From: Thermoplasmata archaeon
GTDB taxonomy: Archaea; Thermoplasmatota; SW-10-69-26; JACQPN01; JAJPHT01
Direction: 5' to 3'
DNA length: 41,503 nucleotides
Assembly (NCBI GenBank): GCA_034667685.1
Contig: JAXDQU010000009.1
Location: 1-41,503 of the forward strand
Shown: one piece after another, positions 17,573 to 25,638 of the stretch
Layout of the letters: each line of letters starts with the position of its first letter
Position numbering within the stretch: the stretch's first letter is position 1
Program-made: the position numbers and the translations under genes
The notes under the pieces: generated by a model
The model's input: only the letters and a program-made list of their open reading frames with translations
What the model was told of the DNA's origin: nothing
Databases searched by the model: none

Positions 17573-18868
17573 CTGCGCGTCGCGCTCGTCCTGCTGCTCG
17601 TCCTCGTCCTGCTGCCGCTCCAGAGCGCCACCGGCGCGCTCGTGGCGCCCGCGTTCACGACGTACGTCGCGCCCCCGGGCATGGGCAACGACGCGGGCGA
17701 GCCGAGCATCGGCGCGACGCCCGACGGCACGGCGCTCACGCAATCCTACGCGACGACGTACCGCACGACGTGGGACGCGGCGGGCAACGCGCAGTGGTCC
17801 GACGTCACGCCGCCCCACGGGCTGGGCGTGAACCTCGACCCGATCCTCGCGACGGACCCGGCGACGGGCGACACGCTCGCGGGCGGGCTGCTCGGCCCGT
17901 GCACGAGCCTGTGGCGCACCTCGGACGCCGGCGCGACGTGGGGCCCCGTGGCGGACGCCTGCACCGGGCCCGCCGTGGACCACGAGACCGTGGCGCTGGG
18001 CCCGCTTCCCGCGCCGCTCTCGGCCACGCCGCTGCGCGCGGCGTACGTCTGCGCGCAGGGCGGCGTCATCGCGTGCTCCGCGAGCCTCGACGGCGGCGTC
18101 ACGTTCGGCGCGCCCGTCCTCATCTCGCCGGGCGTCTCGCCCCAGAGCCCCACCCGGTACTGCACCGGGCCCTCGGGGCACGTGAAGGTGGCGAGCGACG
18201 GGGCGGTCTACGTGCCCAGCGGCCACTGCCAGACGCAGGACGGCGTCATGGTGAGCACCGACGCGGGGGCGACGTGGACGACGCGCATCCTGCCCGGCTC
18301 GACGGTCCCGGTGGGCGGCTTCGACCCGAGCGTGGCCACGAGCGCGTCGGGCTGGGTCTACGCGGCCTACGAGGACCAGCGCATGCGCCAGATCGTCCAG
18401 GTCTCGCACGACCAGGGGGCGACGTGGAGCGCGCCTGCGGACGTCGGCGCCCCGGCCGGGCTGCGCGCGACGACGTTCGGCGCGGTGGCGGCGGGCGACG
18501 ACCTGCGCGCCGCGGTGGCGTTCCTGGGCACGACCGACGCGGGCAAGGCGAACGATATCAGCTTCGCGGGCGCGTGGGACCTCTACGTCGCGTTCACCTA
18601 CGACGGGGGCGCCACCTGGCAGACGGTGAAGGCGAGCGCCGACCCGGTGCAGTACGGCTGGATCTGCAGCGCCGGCGTCGGTTGCCCGGGGCACCGCAAC
18701 CTGCTCGACTTCCTCGACGCCACGGTGGACCCGCAAGGGCGCGTGCTCGTGGCGTACGCCGACGGATGCCCGCCCGGGTGCGCGAGCGTCGCGCAGTCCA
18801 CCGCGTCGAAGCTCACGATCGCGCGGCAGGGCGCCGGCCTTGGGTTGAGGTCGGCCTTCGACCCCTAG
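17573..18868 (+). CDS. Secreted Asp-box/BNR (sialidase-like beta-propeller) protein
   Basis: Asp boxes SDAGATW, SLDGGVTF, STDAGATW, SHDQGATW and TYDGGATW. The signal peptide lies upstream of the first GTG (17642), so CTG 17573 (GGAGG 7 nt upstream) is the probable start. Confidence 0.75.
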   Translation: MRVALVLLLVLVLLPLQSATGALVAPAFTTYVAPPGMGNDAGEPSIGATPDGTALTQSYATTYRTTWDAAGNAQWSDVTPPHGLGVNLDPILATDPATGDTLAGGLLGPCTSLWRTSDAGATWGPVADACTGPAVDHETVALGPLPAPLSATPLRAAYVCAQGGVIACSASLDGGVTFGAPVLISPGVSPQSPTRYCTGPSGHVKVASDGAVYVPSGHCQTQDGVMVSTDAGATWTTRILPGSTVPVGGFDPSVATSASGWVYAAYEDQRMRQIVQVSHDQGATWSAPADVGAPAGLRATTFGAVAAGDDLRAAVAFLGTTDAGKANDISFAGAWDLYVAFTYDGGATWQTVKASADPVQYGWICSAGVGCPGHRNLLDFLDATVDPQGRVLVAYADGCPPGCASVAQSTASKLTIARQGAGLGLRSAFDP

Positions 18869-19002
18869 GCCTCGCGGGACCGTCGCGCTCCGACCTTGAC
18901 CCGTCCGGCCACCCGGCCCGCCCCGCTCCCGGACCACGCCCGCGTCGGCATTTGCACGAGAGACGAGATAGCAAGGAGCGCGAGAAACGATCCGAGGTGA
19001 GC

Positions 19003-19749
19003 ATGAGCGAGGAAGCGACGATCGCGGAGATGGTGGAGGCGCTCCTGGTCTTCGACGAGCCGATCCTCAACAGCCGCTTCCACGGGATGCTCACGAGGCA
19101 CCCCAAGGGACAGACGCGGGACGACCTGATGCTCCTGCCCGCCAAGATCATCCAGGCGGGCCGCTTGGCGCACGAGGGCTCCCTCTCGTGGATGCGCAAA
19201 GGAAACCCCGTCCTCGACGATGCTTTCGTGGAATGGGCCGAACGGATGCTCCTTGATTCCTTTCTCGGCATGGTGGACAGCCAATCCCGCCTCATCGCGG
19301 CGATGGCCCGCGCCGCGCCCACGCAAGAGAGCCGCAAGAGCTTCGACCAGATGGCCGAGATCCACCGCGAGATCGCGCACACCCTCCGCCAGGCTTTGAC
19401 GTTCCTGGCGAAGCGGCGCCACGGCGCGACGGCGCTCCCGCCCCATGAGGGGCTGCGCAGCGTGCAGGAGGAGGAAGCGGGGAGCGACCTGCGCGGTCAG
19501 ATCGAGACCGCCATGCGCGCGCAAATCCTCGCGGGTCGCGCCATCCGGCACGTCACGCTCAGCCCCACCGCCCTGCGGCACCTGCGCGACCAGGGATGCT
19601 TCCGACAGGGGGAGACGACGCTGGGCGGCTCGCCCGTCGTCGTGGACATGGGATGGGACGCCTCCGCCTTCGTCCTGAACACCTTCGACGCGGTCCCGCT
19701 CGAGGAGATCATGCGCGAAGCGGGCCCCAAGCCGCGCGACGACCCGTGA
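19003..19749 (+). CDS. Hypothetical protein: helical (ferritin-like?) N-domain plus HK97/encapsulin A-domain-like C-domain
   Basis: SD-like GAGGTGA before the ATG and a 248-aa protein-like ORF. The domain calls are pattern-based inference. Confidence 0.7.
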   Translation: MSEEATIAEMVEALLVFDEPILNSRFHGMLTRHPKGQTRDDLMLLPAKIIQAGRLAHEGSLSWMRKGNPVLDDAFVEWAERMLLDSFLGMVDSQSRLIAAMARAAPTQESRKSFDQMAEIHREIAHTLRQALTFLAKRRHGATALPPHEGLRSVQEEEAGSDLRGQIETAMRAQILAGRAIRHVTLSPTALRHLRDQGCFRQGETTLGGSPVVVDMGWDASAFVLNTFDAVPLEEIMREAGPKPRDDP

Positions 19750-19800
19750 GCGGCAAAGCGCCACGACAAACGCCAAGCGGACGCAGGGGCTCAGCACCGC

Positions 19801-20349
19801 GTGCCCGAGCTCGTCGTCCTCGCCGCGGGCCACTCGTCGCGCATGGGCCACCCGAAGGCGCTGACCCGGATCGCCGGAGAGCTTGCGCTCGCGCGCATCG
19901 CCCGCGTCTGGCGCGAGGTCGATCCGAGCCCGCCGCTCGTGGTCCTGGGCGCGCACCATGACGACGTGCGCCGCGCGCTGCCCGACCTCGACGCGCGCTG
20001 GCTGCGCAACCCCGACCCGGACGCCGGACGCACCGGCAGCCTGCAGGTGGGGCTCCGCGCGGCGCGCGCCGACGCCGTGGTCGTGTGGCCCGTGGACCAT
20101 CCGCTCGCGTCGGTCGTGACGTTGCGCGCGCTCCTCGCCGCGCGGGGCGCGTGGGTCGCGCCGACGCACGCAGGGCGCGGCGGCCACCCGATCCTGCTGC
20201 GCGGCCCCGCCCTGAGCGCCGTGCTCAGCGCGCCCCCCGCGACGCCGCTGCGCGACGTGCCCGCCGCGGTGGGGCTCGACGTGACGCGCGTGCCGGTCGA
20301 GGACGCGGGCGTGCTGGCGAACCTGGACACCCCAGACGATCTGTGCTGA
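19801..20349 (+). CDS. mocA: Molybdenum cofactor cytidylyltransferase (MocA/MobA-like NTP transferase)
   Basis: VVLAAGHSSRMGHPKAL, SLQVGL, WPVDHP, GGHP and NLDTPDD. Adjacent to xdhC and the Mo-enzyme genes. Confidence 0.85.
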   Translation: MPELVVLAAGHSSRMGHPKALTRIAGELALARIARVWREVDPSPPLVVLGAHHDDVRRALPDLDARWLRNPDPDAGRTGSLQVGLRAARADAVVVWPVDHPLASVVTLRALLAARGAWVAPTHAGRGGHPILLRGPALSAVLSAPPATPLRDVPAAVGLDVTRVPVEDAGVLANLDTPDDLC

Positions 20350-20443
20350 CGACGAAGGGAAGCTGGAAGAAGGGAAGCGAGGGAACTGGGGAAGATGGGG
20401 ACGCCCCCTTCTTCCCCAGCTTCCCTTGTTCCCCCGCTTCCCC
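20347..20443. repeat. Purine/pyrimidine palindromic element copy 2
   Basis: TGACGACGAAGGGAAG... begins at the mocA stop. A GGGAAG-rich arm is followed by a CTTCCC-rich arm. Confidence 0.8.
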
Positions 20444-20489
20444 GGCAGCGAAAGGGTATTTCCCCCGCGCCGCCGGTGCCCGGCCCCAC

Positions 20490-21311
20490 ATGGAGCCGAG
20501 CCTGATGCGCGAGGCGGCGACCCTGGCGGAGTCCGGCGTGCCGTGCGCGCTGGCCGTCGTGGCCGCCGCGACCGGCTCGGTCCCCGGCAAGCCGGGCGCG
20601 ACCATGCTCGTCACGCTCGACGGCACCAGCCGCGGCACGGTGGGTGGCGCCGGCCTCGAAGAGAAGGCGAAGGCGCTCTGCGTCGAGGCGATCCGCGCGG
20701 GCGTGGGCGGCGTGCACACGTTCGACCTCGCGGGCTGGAAGCCGGCCGGGCTCGACTCGGTCTGCGGCGGCACCGTGACCCTCGCGATCCACCTCGTGCG
20801 CCCCGCGCCGCACCTGCTCCTCCTGGGGGCGGGCCACTGCGCGGAGGCGCTGGCGCGCGTCGCGGACGTGCTGCGCTGGAGCGTCACCGTCGTGGACGGC
20901 AGGCCGGGCTTCGCGGACGAGGCGCGCTTCCCCCAGGCGCGGGCGTGCGTGGCGCAGGACGCCGCCGCCTTCGCGCGCGAGGCCGACCTCGCGCCCTATT
21001 CGCATGCGTACGTCCTGGGCCACTCGCACCACGTCGACGGCGACGCCGTGATCGCGCTCCTCTCGCGCGGCTTCGCGGGCCACCTGGGCGTCATCGGCTC
21101 GCGCAGCAAGCTCCACGCGTTCCACGAGCGGGCGCGCGAGGCCGGCATCGCCGACGACGTGTGGGCGCGCGTGCGCAGCCCGATCGGCCTCGACGTGGGC
21201 GCGCAGACGCCCGCCGAGATCGCGGTCGCCGTCGCGGCCGAGATCGTCCAGCAGCTCCACCCCCGGCCTCAATCTCAGCCTCAGCCCCAGCCTTCCCGGT
21301 TGATATCATGA
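20490..21311 (+). CDS. xdhC: XdhC/CoxI family Mo-hydroxylase maturation factor
   Basis: GSVPGKPGATM, GTVGGAGLE, CGG, LLGAGH, LGVIGSRSK and SPIGLDVGAQTPAEIAVAVAAEI. Confidence 0.92.
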   Translation: MEPSLMREAATLAESGVPCALAVVAAATGSVPGKPGATMLVTLDGTSRGTVGGAGLEEKAKALCVEAIRAGVGGVHTFDLAGWKPAGLDSVCGGTVTLAIHLVRPAPHLLLLGAGHCAEALARVADVLRWSVTVVDGRPGFADEARFPQARACVAQDAAAFAREADLAPYSHAYVLGHSHHVDGDAVIALLSRGFAGHLGVIGSRSKLHAFHERAREAGIADDVWARVRSPIGLDVGAQTPAEIAVAVAAEIVQQLHPRPQSQPQPQPSRLIS

Positions 21312-21820
21312 CGAAGCGACTCACCACCTTCCGAATCAACGGCGCCGAGAAGACGCTCGCCGTCGAGCCGCAGGCGCTCCTTCTCGACGTGCTGCGCGAG
21401 GACGCGGGCCTCACGGGCACGAAGCGCGGCTGCGACATGGGCACGTGCGGATGCTGCACCGTGCTCGTCGACGGCGTCGCGCGGCTCTCGTGCCTCACGC
21501 TGGCGAGCACCGTGGCGGGCCAGGAGATCACGACGATCGAAGGCCTGGGCGAGGGGAAGGGCATGGACCCGATCCAGCGCGCGTTCCACGAGCAGGGCGG
21601 GAGCCAGTGCGGCTTCTGCACGCCCGGCTTCATCATGACGACGAAGGCGCTCCTGGACCGCACGCCCGACCCGGGCGACCACGAGATCCGCGAGGCCATC
21701 AGCGGCAACCTGTGCCGGTGCACGGGCTACGTGAAGATCATCGAGGCCATCCAGCGCGCGGCCAAGGAGCGTCGCGGCGACGAGAACCCACTCATCACGG
21801 TCGACGGGGTGGCGCCCTAG
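21308..21820 (+). CDS. Mo-hydroxylase small subunit, 2x[2Fe-2S] (HcrC/CoxS-like)
   Basis: GTKRGCDMGTCGCCTV...SC and QCGFCTPG...GNLCRCTGY. ATGA overlap with xdhC. Confidence 0.95.
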   Translation: MTKRLTTFRINGAEKTLAVEPQALLLDVLREDAGLTGTKRGCDMGTCGCCTVLVDGVARLSCLTLASTVAGQEITTIEGLGEGKGMDPIQRAFHEQGGSQCGFCTPGFIMTTKALLDRTPDPGDHEIREAISGNLCRCTGYVKIIEAIQRAAKERRGDENPLITVDGVAP

Positions 21821-24310
21821 ATGAAGCTCGATCCGACGCCGAAGGAGAAGGACCGCGTCGCGTACCCGGAGGCGGAGGCGCATGGCTGGCAGCCGTACCG
21901 CGCGCCGCTGGAGCCGGGCCACCACCCGCACTACCCCGCCAACGGGCTCAAGCTGCTGGGCAAGGCCGTGCCGCTCGTGGACGGCGCCGACAAGGTGACC
22001 GGCCAGGCCGTCTACACCGATGATATCAAGCTCCCCAACATGGTCGTCGCGAAGCTCGTGCGCAGCGAGAAGGCGCACGCGCGCATCGCGCAGATCGACA
22101 CCTCGGCCGCGGAGGCGATGCCGGGCGTCGTGGGCATCCTCACGGGGCTGGACCTCAAGCCCGAGCAGCGCTTCGGCGTGCTGCCGTTGACCAAGGACGA
22201 GCACCCGCTGGCGATCGACAAGGTGCGCCACATCGGCGACCCCGTCGCCATCGTGTGCGCCGAGGACGAGTGGACGGCGCTGGAGGCCGCGCGCGCGATC
22301 CGCGTCACGTACGAGGACCTGCCCGAGCACCTCGATCCGCTCAAGGGCCTCAAGCCCGTCTCCGAGAAGGTGCATGCCGAGATCGGCGTCGACGCGACGA
22401 ACGTGCAGAAGTACGTCGACCAGGTCTTCGGCCACCCGGAGGACTGGCTCGAAGGGGGCCGCAGCGCGCTGCTCCTGCGCCGCCAGTTCCGCTTCAAGGG
22501 CGTCACCCACGCCTTCACCGAGCCGCACTGCGTCATCGCGCACCAGCGGCCCAACGGCCGCCTGACCGTGTGGAGCGCGACGCAGGTCCCGTACTACGTC
22601 CACCGCGCGCTCGCCGAAGTAACAGGCCTGCCGATGCACAAGATCCAGGTCGTCAGGCCGAAGGTCGGCGGCGGCTTCGGCGGCAAGAGCGACCCGTTCA
22701 ACTTCGAGATGGCGACCGCGCTTCTCGCGATGAAGGTCAAGCGCCCCGTGAAGCTGCTCTTCGACCGCGAGGAGAGCTTCATCAACAACCGCGGCCGACA
22801 CCCCACCGACACCGACATGGCGCTCGGGTTCGACGAGGCGGGCAACATCACCGCGCTCGACATCCAGGCCGTCATCGACGGGGGCGCGTTCGCCTCCTTC
22901 GGCATCATCAGCACCTACTACAACGGCGTCCTCTCGATGGGCCCGTACAAGGTGCCCCACTTCACGTACAAGGGGCGCCGCGTCTACACGAACCACATGC
23001 CCTCGGGCGCGATGCGCGGGCACGGCGCGGTCAACTCGCGCTGCGCGGTCGAGATCCTGCTCGACGAGGCCGCCGAGAAGATGGGCGTCGACCCGATCGA
23101 CCTGCGCCTCCAGAACCTGATGCCGCCCTACTCGTTCACGCTGAACGACTTCCGCATCACGAGCAACGGCCTCAAGGAGTGCTTGGAGCGTGTGCGCGAG
23201 CGCAGCGGGTGGGAAAGCAAGTTCCGCCAGCTTCCCCTCGGCCAGGGCATCGGCCTGGGCTGCGGCTTCTACATCAGCGGATCGAATCTCCCGATCCACT
23301 GGGACATCGAGCCGCGCCGTTACCCGCAGAGCACGGTCCACATCAAGATCGACATGGACGCCGGCGTCACCGTGCACACCGGCGCCGCCGAGATCGGCCA
23401 AGGCAGCGACACGGTGGCCGCGATGGTCGTCGCCGAGGTCCTCGGCTGTGACATCAACCGCATCCGCGTCAAGAGCGGCGACTCAGACCTCGCGCCCATC
23501 GACCTCGGCTCGTACAGCAGCCGCGTGACGTTCATGATGGGCAACGCGGCGCGCAAGGCCGCCGAAGACATCCGCGGGCAGCTCGTGAGGGCTGCCGCAA
23601 GGAAGACCGGCCAGCAGATCGAGCACTTCGTCTTGGAGAACGAGCGCGTCGTGAGCATGGCGAACCCCGAGTTCCAGATGAGCTTCGACGAGGCCGTGAA
23701 GGAGGCCATCGCGGGCTCCGGCGCGCTCGTCGCGAAGGGCACGTTCGTCTCGACGCCCATGGGCGGGAAGTTCAAGGGCGCCACCGCGGGCCTTGCGCCC
23801 GCGTACAGCATGAACGCCTACGTGGCCGAGGTCGACGTGGACATCGACACGGGCATCTGGCGCTGCACGAAGGTCTGGGCCGCGCACGACTGCGGCAAGG
23901 TGCTCAACAAGCTCAGCGTCGAAGGCCAGATCGAAGGCAGCATCCACATGGGCCTCGGCCAGGTCATGACCGAGTCGCTGGAGTACCGCCTCGCGCAGCT
24001 CCGCACCTCGAACTTCCTCGACTACAAGATCCCCACCCCGCTCGAGATGCCCGAGGTCGAGTGCATCCTCGTGGAGTCCAACGACGCGGAAGGGCCGTTC
24101 GGCGCGAAGGAGGCGGGCGAGGGGCCGCTGCTCCCGATCCTGCCCGCGGTCGTCAACGCGCTCTACGATGCCGTGGGCGTGCGCTGCGTGGACTTGCCCG
24201 TTACCCCGGACAAGCTCTGGAGCGCGATGCAGCGCAACGGCGGCGCGCGCAAGCCCGATGCGCTACGCAAAGAGCCCATCGTGCGCCTGCGCGGGGGTGG
24301 CGAGGCATGA
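21821..24310 (+). CDS. Xanthine-dehydrogenase-family molybdopterin-binding large subunit (HcrA-like)
   Basis: TQVPYYVH, GGGFGGK, AMRGHG, IGQGS, GSYSSRVTFMMGNA and GPFGAKEAGEG. Confidence 0.93.
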   Translation: MKLDPTPKEKDRVAYPEAEAHGWQPYRAPLEPGHHPHYPANGLKLLGKAVPLVDGADKVTGQAVYTDDIKLPNMVVAKLVRSEKAHARIAQIDTSAAEAMPGVVGILTGLDLKPEQRFGVLPLTKDEHPLAIDKVRHIGDPVAIVCAEDEWTALEAARAIRVTYEDLPEHLDPLKGLKPVSEKVHAEIGVDATNVQKYVDQVFGHPEDWLEGGRSALLLRRQFRFKGVTHAFTEPHCVIAHQRPNGRLTVWSATQVPYYVHRALAEVTGLPMHKIQVVRPKVGGGFGGKSDPFNFEMATALLAMKVKRPVKLLFDREESFINNRGRHPTDTDMALGFDEAGNITALDIQAVIDGGAFASFGIISTYYNGVLSMGPYKVPHFTYKGRRVYTNHMPSGAMRGHGAVNSRCAVEILLDEAAEKMGVDPIDLRLQNLMPPYSFTLNDFRITSNGLKECLERVRERSGWESKFRQLPLGQGIGLGCGFYISGSNLPIHWDIEPRRYPQSTVHIKIDMDAGVTVHTGAAEIGQGSDTVAAMVVAEVLGCDINRIRVKSGDSDLAPIDLGSYSSRVTFMMGNAARKAAEDIRGQLVRAAARKTGQQIEHFVLENERVVSMANPEFQMSFDEAVKEAIAGSGALVAKGTFVSTPMGGKFKGATAGLAPAYSMNAYVAEVDVDIDTGIWRCTKVWAAHDCGKVLNKLSVEGQIEGSIHMGLGQVMTESLEYRLAQLRTSNFLDYKIPTPLEMPEVECILVESNDAEGPFGAKEAGEGPLLPILPAVVNALYDAVGVRCVDLPVTPDKLWSAMQRNGGARKPDALRKEPIVRLRGGGEA

Positions 24311-24348
24311 GGACCGTTGCGACGGAGCGCGCTCCGCGCGGAAAGCCA

Positions 24349-24424
24349 CGGAATCTCCGAATCGCGGTATCTCCGGCGCAGCCAGAGGCTCGCCATGATT
24401 CGGAGATTCGGAGATTCCGAATTC
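24349..24424. repeat. Palindrome of 8-nt tandem units (GAATCTCC/GGAGATTC)
   Basis: Perfect 15-bp inverted repeat CGGAATCTCCGAATC (24349-24363) / GATTCGGAGATTCCG (24405-24419) plus extra degenerate units. Confidence 0.85.
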
Positions 24425-24473
24425 TCACCGCCGGAGGCGGCCGGAGCGCCGCGAGCACCATGGGGGCGGTCGC

Positions 24474-25451
24474 GTGAGCATGCTCCTCCCCCCCTTCGAG
24501 CTGCACGAGCCCACCACGATCGAGGAGGCGGTGCGCCTGAAGGGCAAGCTGCCCGAATCGGACTGGCTCGCGGGCGGCACGGACCTGCTGCCCAACTACA
24601 AGTGGGGCCTCAACGCGCGCAAGCACGTCATCAGCCTGCACCGCGTCGACGAGATGCGCACGCTCTCCGCGGAGCGCATCGGCGCGCTCGCCACGCTCAC
24701 CGAGATCGAGCGGAGCAGCCTGCTCGCGCAGAAGCTCCCCGTGCTCCCCGAGACGGCGAAGCAGATCGCGACGCCGCTCCTGCGCAACAGCGGGACGCTC
24801 GGAGGAAACCTGCTCCTGGACAACCGCTGCTTCTTCTTCAACCAGACGTACCTCTGGCGCAAGAGCGTCGACTTCTGCCTGAAGGCGAGCGGGACGCAAT
24901 GCCACGTCGTGCCGCAGAAGGAGACGTGCTACGCGACGTTCAGCGCGGACATGCCCGCCTCGCTCATCGCGCTGGGCGCGTCGATCGAGCTGGCGAGCGC
25001 GCGCGGCACGCGCAGCGTCCCGCTGGCGACGTTCTACCAGGGCGACGGCATCGAGCGCAACGTGCGCCAGCCAGACGAGCTTGTGACCGCCGTGACGATC
25101 CCGAAGGAGGCGCAGCACCTGCGCGCGACGTACCGCAAGCTGCGCCTGCGCGAGAGCTTCGACTTCCCCGAGCTTGGCATCGCGGCCGCGGTGCGGTTTG
25201 ATAACGGGAAGAAGCTCGCCGCGTTCCGCCTCGTGGCGAACGCGCTGGAGACGACGCCGCGCGTGCTCGACGACCTGGGGCACGATCTCCTGGGCCACCC
25301 GCTCACCGACGAGGGGATCGCGCGCGTCGCCAAGGCGGCCGAGGAGGCCGTGCGCCCCGTGAAGAACACGAACCTGCCGCCCAGCTACCGCAAGGCGATG
25401 ACTCGGGTCTATGTCACGCGCGCGCTCACGGACCTCCGCCTCGCAGCCTGA
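24474..25451 (+). CDS. Mo-hydroxylase FAD subunit with extra [4Fe-4S] insert (HcrB/PaoB-like)
   Basis: AGGTDLL and RNSGTLGGNL. The insert RCFFFNQ...FCLK...QCHV...TCYAT carries four Cys. Confidence 0.92.
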   Translation: MSMLLPPFELHEPTTIEEAVRLKGKLPESDWLAGGTDLLPNYKWGLNARKHVISLHRVDEMRTLSAERIGALATLTEIERSSLLAQKLPVLPETAKQIATPLLRNSGTLGGNLLLDNRCFFFNQTYLWRKSVDFCLKASGTQCHVVPQKETCYATFSADMPASLIALGASIELASARGTRSVPLATFYQGDGIERNVRQPDELVTAVTIPKEAQHLRATYRKLRLRESFDFPELGIAAAVRFDNGKKLAAFRLVANALETTPRVLDDLGHDLLGHPLTDEGIARVAKAAEEAVRPVKNTNLPPSYRKAMTRVYVTRALTDLRLAA

Positions 25452-25470
25452 GCGGACGCTCGGCGCCATC

Positions 25471-25638
25471 CTGCGGCGCAGGTTCCTCTTCCTCTTCGCG
25501 CTGGGCCTCGGCATCGTGCTGATGGTGCTGCTCTGGCCCGGCTACGCGACGCACCCCGCGACGAGGCTGACGCTGTTCGTTGTGGGCCTGGCGCTCGTGG
25601 GACTGGGCGGCCTGGGCGGCTGGCTCCGAATGCGTTAG
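25471..25638 (+). CDS. Small two-TM membrane protein (start uncertain)
   Basis: LRRRFLFLFALGLGIVLMVLLW...LTLFVVGLALVGLGGLGGWLRMR. In-frame ATG 25411 overlaps the upstream gene; CTG 25471 is an alternative start. Confidence 0.5.
   Translation: MRRRFLFLFALGLGIVLMVLLWPGYATHPATRLTLFVVGLALVGLGGLGGWLRMR

Noticed and set aside
3642-23401. Many long overlapping Arg/Ala/Pro-rich ORFs (e.g. 3642-5981, 11863-14826, 21281-23401)
   Set aside because: These are alternative-frame or antisense artefacts of very high GC content overlapping well-supported genes.
21821-24310. Aerobic CO dehydrogenase (CoxL) assignment
   Set aside because: The active-site loop reads AMRGHG, not the AYxCSFR of form I CoxL.
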